Assembly (NCBI GenBank): GCA_963799775.1
Contig: CAWCYD010000003.1
Coordinates: forward strand, 1,408,001-1,472,000
Origin: an uncultured archaeon
GTDB lineage: Archaea > Thermoproteota > Nitrososphaeria > Nitrososphaerales > Gagatemarchaeaceae
Length of the DNA stretch: 64,000 nucleotides
Direction: 5' to 3'
In this document: positions 58,932-64,000 of the stretch, piece by piece
How positions within the stretch are numbered: position 1 is the first letter of the stretch
How the letters are laid out: every line of letters begins with the position of its first letter
The notes under the pieces: model-generated
The model's database searches: none
The model's input: only the letters and a program-made list of their open reading frames with translations
Told to the model about the DNA's origin: nothing
Translations under genes and position numbers: made by a program

Positions 58932-61219
58932 TCACGCTGCTCCGGCTGGCTTGATCCCCAGCTCCTTCCTGATCGAGGGGTCCAGCCCGACCGTCCTGAG
59001 GATCTCCCTGTTGCCCACGAGCGACGAGGCGACGCTGCTCATGCCTGCAGCGCCCGCGAGCAGCTTGATGTCGCGCTCGAAGGCTATCACCAGGTTCTCG
59101 AGGTGCTCTGTGAGCTTCTGGATCTCGACGACGACCTCCTTGTCCTCCTCGAAACCGACGGCGACGAGCGCTGCCGTCCCCAGGCCGACGCAATCGGCTC
59201 CCATCGCGATCAGCTTGAATATGTCCTCGGACCCGCGGACCATGTTCCCCTCTGCGAGGATGTCGAACTTCCACCTCGAGTCTGTCTCGATGAGGAGGCG
59301 GTCGAGCCTCGAGACGGATAGCTCGAGCTGGAGGTCGCTGTCCTCTTCGTCCTCGTCGACGATGAACCCCTGGAACCCGCTGAGGTTGACCAGGTTGGAG
59401 CGGACCCATTCCAGCGCCTTGGTGGAGGAGGCGATCCTCACGTAGACCGCGTCGGTGCGCCCAGCGGTCCCGTTGGAGGGCCTGGCGGAGTTCTTCATGT
59501 GCACGGAGCGGACCTTGTGGTGGGGCCCGTCCGTCGGGGAGATCGTCCTGTCGGCGTGCTTGCTCCCGACCAGCCTCTCGGTCATGTCGTCGTAGAGAAG
59601 GCCCATCGACTCTGCGGTGCGTGCGAAGGCCCCCTGACGTCGTCGGGACCCCCTCGGGCAGGTGGGTGAAGAAGAACGGGGCGGCCAGCCTGACACGGCC
59701 CTGGGCCAAGTATGAGACTATCTCGATCTCTTCCCTGTATGGGTCGATGCTGGGTCTCGTGACCTGGGCGCCGTCTGTTATCACCCAGTCTGTGAGGCGG
59801 ACGGGCACGTCGATGAAGGGAGGGCCAGATTGAGCCCATGCTCGAGATCTGCGCCTCGCCGGGCGACTTGCCCGTCGTGCCTGCCAGCTCCCAGAGGGCG
59901 GTGGACCTGGCCGCGTCCCAGAGATTCGACTCCCTTGGGGGCGTCCTCGGTGCGTGCGCGCTCGGGTGGGTCGAGACGACGCCGGCGCCCTCCATGTTCT
60001 CGACCCCGAGGATCTCGAGCGTCTCCGGATTGAGCGTCCCCTTGTGGTAGAGGAGCTCCCTGTGGGACCGGAGCTCGTCGAGCCTCGAGACGCCCATGAG
60101 CTCCATGATCAGCTTCATCTCCTCGGTCCAGCCCTTCACCATGTTGGAGAGCCAGGTGACCGACTGGTCGAAGGAGAGCGTCCTCGCCGGCGTGTCGGCG
60201 ATCTTGTTCGTGAGTATCGCGGGGCAGAACCCGAGGTGGCACTTGTGCACCATCAGGCAGCCGAGGGCGAGGAGAGCGCCCGTGCCGACGCTCGTGATGT
60301 CGGCTCCGAGCGCGATGAGCTTCAGCGAGTCCTCGGGGGTGCTCACCCTCCCTGCAGAGATTATCGTGAACCCGTCGCGGAGGCCCTCGCGCCTCAGCAT
60401 CGTGTCGACGGAGGCAGTGGCGAGCTCGATCGGGACGCCGACGTTGTTCTTGACGACCGACGGGGCCGCCCCTGTCCCGGCGCCCGCGCCGTCGATGATT
60501 ATGCCGGCCGCGCCCATCCTCGCCACCCCCGATGCGATGTAGGGGATGTAGTTGGTCGCGCCCACCTTTACGAAGACCGGCCTCTTGGTGGCCTCCTTGA
60601 GGCCGAGGATCCTCTGGCCGAGGTCCTCTATCGAGTAGATATCGTGATGGGGCGCGGGAGAGATCGCGTCCGTCCCCAGCGGGATCCTCCTCGTCTCGGA
60701 GATCGGGGTCGTCACCTTCACTCCCGGGAGGTGGCCGCCTATACCCGGCTTTGCGCCCTGTCCTATCTTGATCACTACCGCCTGGCCCTTTGAGAGCGAG
60801 TTCATGTCGACGCCGAACCTCGCGGAGGCCCACTGGACGGTTATCCTGCTGCACTCGGCGACCTCCTTCAGGAGGCCTCCCTCGCCCGTGCCCGCCATTA
60901 TCCCCGTGAGGTCCGCCGCCTTTGCGATCGAGGCGTTGGGGACGCCCGAGAGGGCGCCGAAGGACATGTCTCCCAGATACATCGGGGAGGAGAGCTTCAA
61001 CGGGTAACCGGCCGCGAACGGGATGGAGGTGTCGGCCGCGCCGACCTTGCCTCTGGAAGTGTTACGCTTCAGGAAGATCTGGTCGAGGGCGCGCCCCGTC
61101 CGCTCGCTCTCTGGGAGCCAGAGCTCGTCGGTGGCGTGCCCGGTCTCCGCCAGCTGCCTGATGTGGAGTATCTTCCACCTCGTCCAGAACTCTCTGGACT
61201 TTGAGGCCGGAAGGGGCAT
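58932..61219 (-). CDS. Glutamate synthase FMN-binding subunit with a degenerate second FMN-like domain; frameshifts near 59820 and 59635
   Basis: DMSFGALS, TGEGG, KIGQGAKPGIGGHLPG, PAPHHDIYSIEDL, CLMVHKCHLGFCP; C-terminal DIFKLIAMGAD. Confidence 0.88.
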
Positions 61220-61382
61220 GTAGCTCTTGAGTTCGATTGTCTTTCTTTGCGCGAGGCTAGAGATTGCTCCTACCACCTGATACCTATAAAATGGAACGAG
61301 TGCGTAAATCTGAATAAAAACATTGCCTAGACTGCGGAAAAAACGCCCGTTTTCCGCAAATCTTGTGGTGCCTGGTTTTGGG

Positions 61383-62226
61383 TCACGAGAAGGGCGGCAT
61401 CTCGGGGGAGGAGAAGAGTTCCACCAGGTAGAGCGTCGAGAAGAGCGCCTCCTCGGTGCGGACAGAGACGACGCGCTGCCCGGAGTAGAGGTTGACGACG
61501 TAGCTCGACCTGTCACGCAAGTCCTTCCCGAGCAGCTCGAAGAGGCCTCGGGATGGCGAGCCGAAGAGCAGCATGGCCCCCTGCGCGTTGTGGAGGTCGA
61601 TCCTCATCCGCTTGGCGACCTGGCCCAGCGGGTCTCCCTTGCGGGACGTCGCTATCTTGAGCGGGAACCTGTTCTCCTGGAGCGGGCTGCCCGGGGAGGA
61701 TTCGACAGTGTATCCCCAGTACTCGGGGACCTCGTGACGGCTGACGGGGGCCGCCTCGACCCTGGACTGGCTGGCCGACAGGATCCTGACGGTGATGCGC
61801 CTGTTCGGCGGCTCCTTCCTCCTGAGGAAGGCCGGGATCTCGAGCCCGATGTCCACCGTCTGTCCGTCGGCGAGGACGACACCCTCCCTGAACTCGCCGG
61901 GTCGGAGCTTCTCCGCGGGGATCTTGGGCTTGTGGGAAGGGATGCGGAGCGGAGGAAGGAGGCCTGCGAACCTGAGGTCTTCGCTCAGCGGGAAGAGCCG
62001 CCTCCTGAGGTACTGGGGGGTCTCCAGGTACTCGATGGACCTTCTTGATGAAGGCAGACTCCCCCCTTCCTCGTGGGTCGCGGAAGACCCTGACCTCGTC
62101 GACGCCGAAGATGGAGCAGTATCTGGCGATCTGCCCGAGCTTCGATGTCTTGTCGCGGATGGAGTCGTGCTCCTCGAGCACCGTGTCCGGGAAGGCCACG
62201 CAGATCCTCTTCCCGGCGAGCGTCAT
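61383..62226 (-). CDS. SPOUT-class RNA methyltransferase (COG2106-like); frameshift near 62040
   Basis: KLGQIARYCSIFGVD, YLETPQYLR, YWGY, ATSRKG, FGSP.RGL, VRTEEA. Confidence 0.88.
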
Positions 62227-62256
62227 AGGTGATGGGCTGCTAGGGCTATCTTTTAT

Positions 62257-62736
62257 GTGGTTGATGCGCCTAGCGCTTTGGCTATGGGAGCCCCCGCGTC
62301 GTCCCCAGAGGACCAGAAGGCCAAGATAGAGTACGAGCTGCGCGGGAAGACGCTCAAGGTCTACCTCTACGTCCTGAAGTTGGGCAAGCCTGTGGGGGTG
62401 AGGGAGGTGCAGAGGGAGCTCGGGTTCTCCAGCCCTAGCGTCGCGTTCCACCACATCGAGAAGCTCACGAGGCTCGGGATAGTCGAGCAGGACGGCCTGG
62501 GTAACTACGTCCTGTCCAAGAAGGTCGACCCGGGGATCCTCCAGGCCTTCGTCAACGTCGGGAAGTTCAACCTCCCCAGGCTCGGGTTCTACGCCGTCTT
62601 CTTCACCAGTGTGGCGGTTGCCTACGTAGTCGAGGACTACAACTATCTGGACCTCTACGCTCTGGTCGGGACGGTGGGGGCGGCAGCAGCGTTCTGGTTC
62701 GAGGCCGTCAGGATATGGAGGAGGAAACCGTTCTAG
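62257..62736 (+). CDS. Membrane-tethered winged-helix regulator
   Basis: LRGKTLKVYLY...GVREVQRELGFSSPSVA.HH..KL; PRLGFY plus two TMs. Confidence 0.85.
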   Translation: MVDAPSALAMGAPASSPEDQKAKIEYELRGKTLKVYLYVLKLGKPVGVREVQRELGFSSPSVAFHHIEKLTRLGIVEQDGLGNYVLSKKVDPGILQAFVNVGKFNLPRLGFYAVFFTSVAVAYVVEDYNYLDLYALVGTVGAAAAFWFEAVRIWRRKPF

Positions 62737-62777
62737 ATGTTGGGATTAAGTATCTCCGGGAGTGTGAGACCAGTCAG

Positions 62778-63266
62778 ATGACGCGCGGGATGGGCGGAAA
62801 GGGGTTTTTCGCGGGCGCCATTGGTGGGCTGGCCCTGGCGGTTCTCCTGGTGGGAGCCGTCACCCTGCTCCCCCAGACGAGCATCGCCTCGCGTGCTCCA
62901 GTGGCCAACTCGTTCGCGACGTCGACCACGTCCTCATGCTCTTCGTGCCTTGCGGAAGGAAATCCGTCGCAGACGAGCTCGCTATCCAGCGCGGCCCTCC
63001 CCTCCATCGCGTCGCAGGCTGCCCCGGGAGGCGCGGCCGCCATCTACGCCTCTTCGACGGCAAGCCAGACATCGAGCTCGATCACACCCGGCACGACGAC
63101 CACCAGTTCGCTTCAGGCGCAGCAGAGGCCAGCGTCTTTGCTTGGGGCGCTTCCTGGAGAGGGGGTCACCAACCTGATTGGGACCATCTCGCCGCTAATC
63201 GTCGGGTTGCTGGTCGCTGCGCTGGTCTATGCGGCCTACGTCAGGCGCCAGGACTGGTCATCCTAG
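62778..63266 (+). CDS. Two-TM protein with a Ser/Thr-rich external loop
   Basis: N- and C-terminal TMs, CSSC motif in the loop. Confidence 0.7.
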   Translation: MTRGMGGKGFFAGAIGGLALAVLLVGAVTLLPQTSIASRAPVANSFATSTTSSCSSCLAEGNPSQTSSLSSAALPSIASQAAPGGAAAIYASSTASQTSSSITPGTTTTSSLQAQQRPASLLGALPGEGVTNLIGTISPLIVGLLVAALVYAAYVRRQDWSS

Positions 63267-64000
63267 GAAACGACCGTCTGCGACTGCTCTCTTAGGAAGG
63301 TCAGCAGATAGCTGGGGCCGCCGATCCCCTTGCCCGTCGAGCCGCTCGCCTTCCAGCCGACGAATGACTGCGGGCCTGGCCAAGCGCCCGTCGTCGCGCC
63401 GCCGCTCCTGTTGGCGTAGACCACGCCGAACTGGATCTTGTCCATGAACTCCTTGACCTCCTTCTTGTCCTCGCTGAATATCCCCGCCGTCAGGCCGTAG
63501 TCGGTGTCGTTGGCCTCGCGGAGCGCCTCGTCGAGGGTCTTGAACTCGGCGACGGCGAGGAGCGGGACGAAGAGCTCCTTCTTGAAGAGCTCGTGGTCGA
63601 TCGGGAGGCCGGTCACGACGGTGGGCTGGACGTAGTAGCCGCGCTTGAAGGCGCCGCTCTTAATCACGTCTCCCCCGAAGACGACCTTGCCTCCGTCGCT
63701 CTTGGCCTGCTTCACCGCTCTGGTGAACGTCTCCACCGCTGCGGGGTTGATGATAGGCCCCATGAACGCGCTCTTCTCCCTGGGGTCGCTGACCGCGAGC
63801 TTGGAGAGCCTCTCCTTCAGCATCCCGAGGAACTCGTCCTTCACCTCTCTCTGGACGTAGACCCTCGAGTTGGCGCTGCACTTTTGTCCGCTGTAGCCGT
63901 ATGCCGCCCTCACGACTCCCTCGACCGCCTTCTTCAGGTCGGCCTTGGCCGTGATTATCGCGGGGTTCTTGCTGCCCAGCTCGAGGAGGACGGGCTTCAC
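63263..64000 (-). CDS. Aldehyde dehydrogenase (P5C dehydrogenase-like), C-terminal part
   Basis: ELGSKNP, GQKCSA, ELFVP, YGLTAG, TTGAW...F.GWK.SG. Confidence 0.92.
   Translation of the reverse strand: MKPVLLELGSKNPAIITAKADLKKAVEGVVRAAYGYSGQKCSANSRVYVQREVKDEFLGMLKERLSKLAVSDPREKSAFMGPIINPAAVETFTRAVKQAKSDGGKVVFGGDVIKSGAFKRGYYVQPTVVTGLPIDHELFKKELFVPLLAVAEFKTLDEALREANDTDYGLTAGIFSEDKKEVKEFMDKIQFGVVYANRSGGATTGAWPGPQSFVGWKASGSTGKGIGGPSYLLTFLREQSQTVVS

Noticed and set aside
9023-62226. About twenty frameshifted genes as pseudogenes or programmed frameshifts
   Set aside because: They include essential rps19 and rpl23, several sit in homopolymer runs, and no common slippery motif is evident; sequencing indels are the simplest explanation.
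1-64000. CRISPR array, rRNA or IS transposase
   Set aside because: No regularly spaced repeats, rRNA-like sequence or transposase motifs were seen.

Overview
Archaeal chromosomal window, most consistent with a high-GC non-ammonia-oxidising Nitrososphaerota (Thaumarchaeota)-like genome: archaeal rpl3-rpl4-rpl23-rpl2-rps19, two tRNA genes with bulge-helix-bulge introns, a thaumarchaeal-type histidine kinase and many winged-helix regulators. Many genes, including essential rps19 and rpl23, are broken by single-base indels, so the assembly probably carries long-read errors. The left 8.9 kb is an integrated element at tRNA-Gly(GCC). It encodes a tyrosine integrase, a J-domain protein, an ATPase fused to a nuclease-like domain and lower-GC secreted protease-like cargo. 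It also contains a 214-nt region whose fold is built from DNA-type GNA triloops and tandem G.A pairs, with a partial second copy inside the cargo. At tRNA-Ala(GGC) the tRNA 3' end recurs three more times, delimiting an integrase-less array of small segments; the first segment is a lone LAGLIDADG endonuclease. The middle holds bacterial-type stress genes, several regulators, a shared promoter motif, and an unusual cytochrome b / two-Rieske / di-cupredoxin / beta-propeller cluster. The right part is mostly housekeeping: nucleoside salvage, a two-component pair, pdaD, ribosomal proteins, glutamate synthase and an aldehyde dehydrogenase. All family assignments come from motif recognition by eye; no searches were run.
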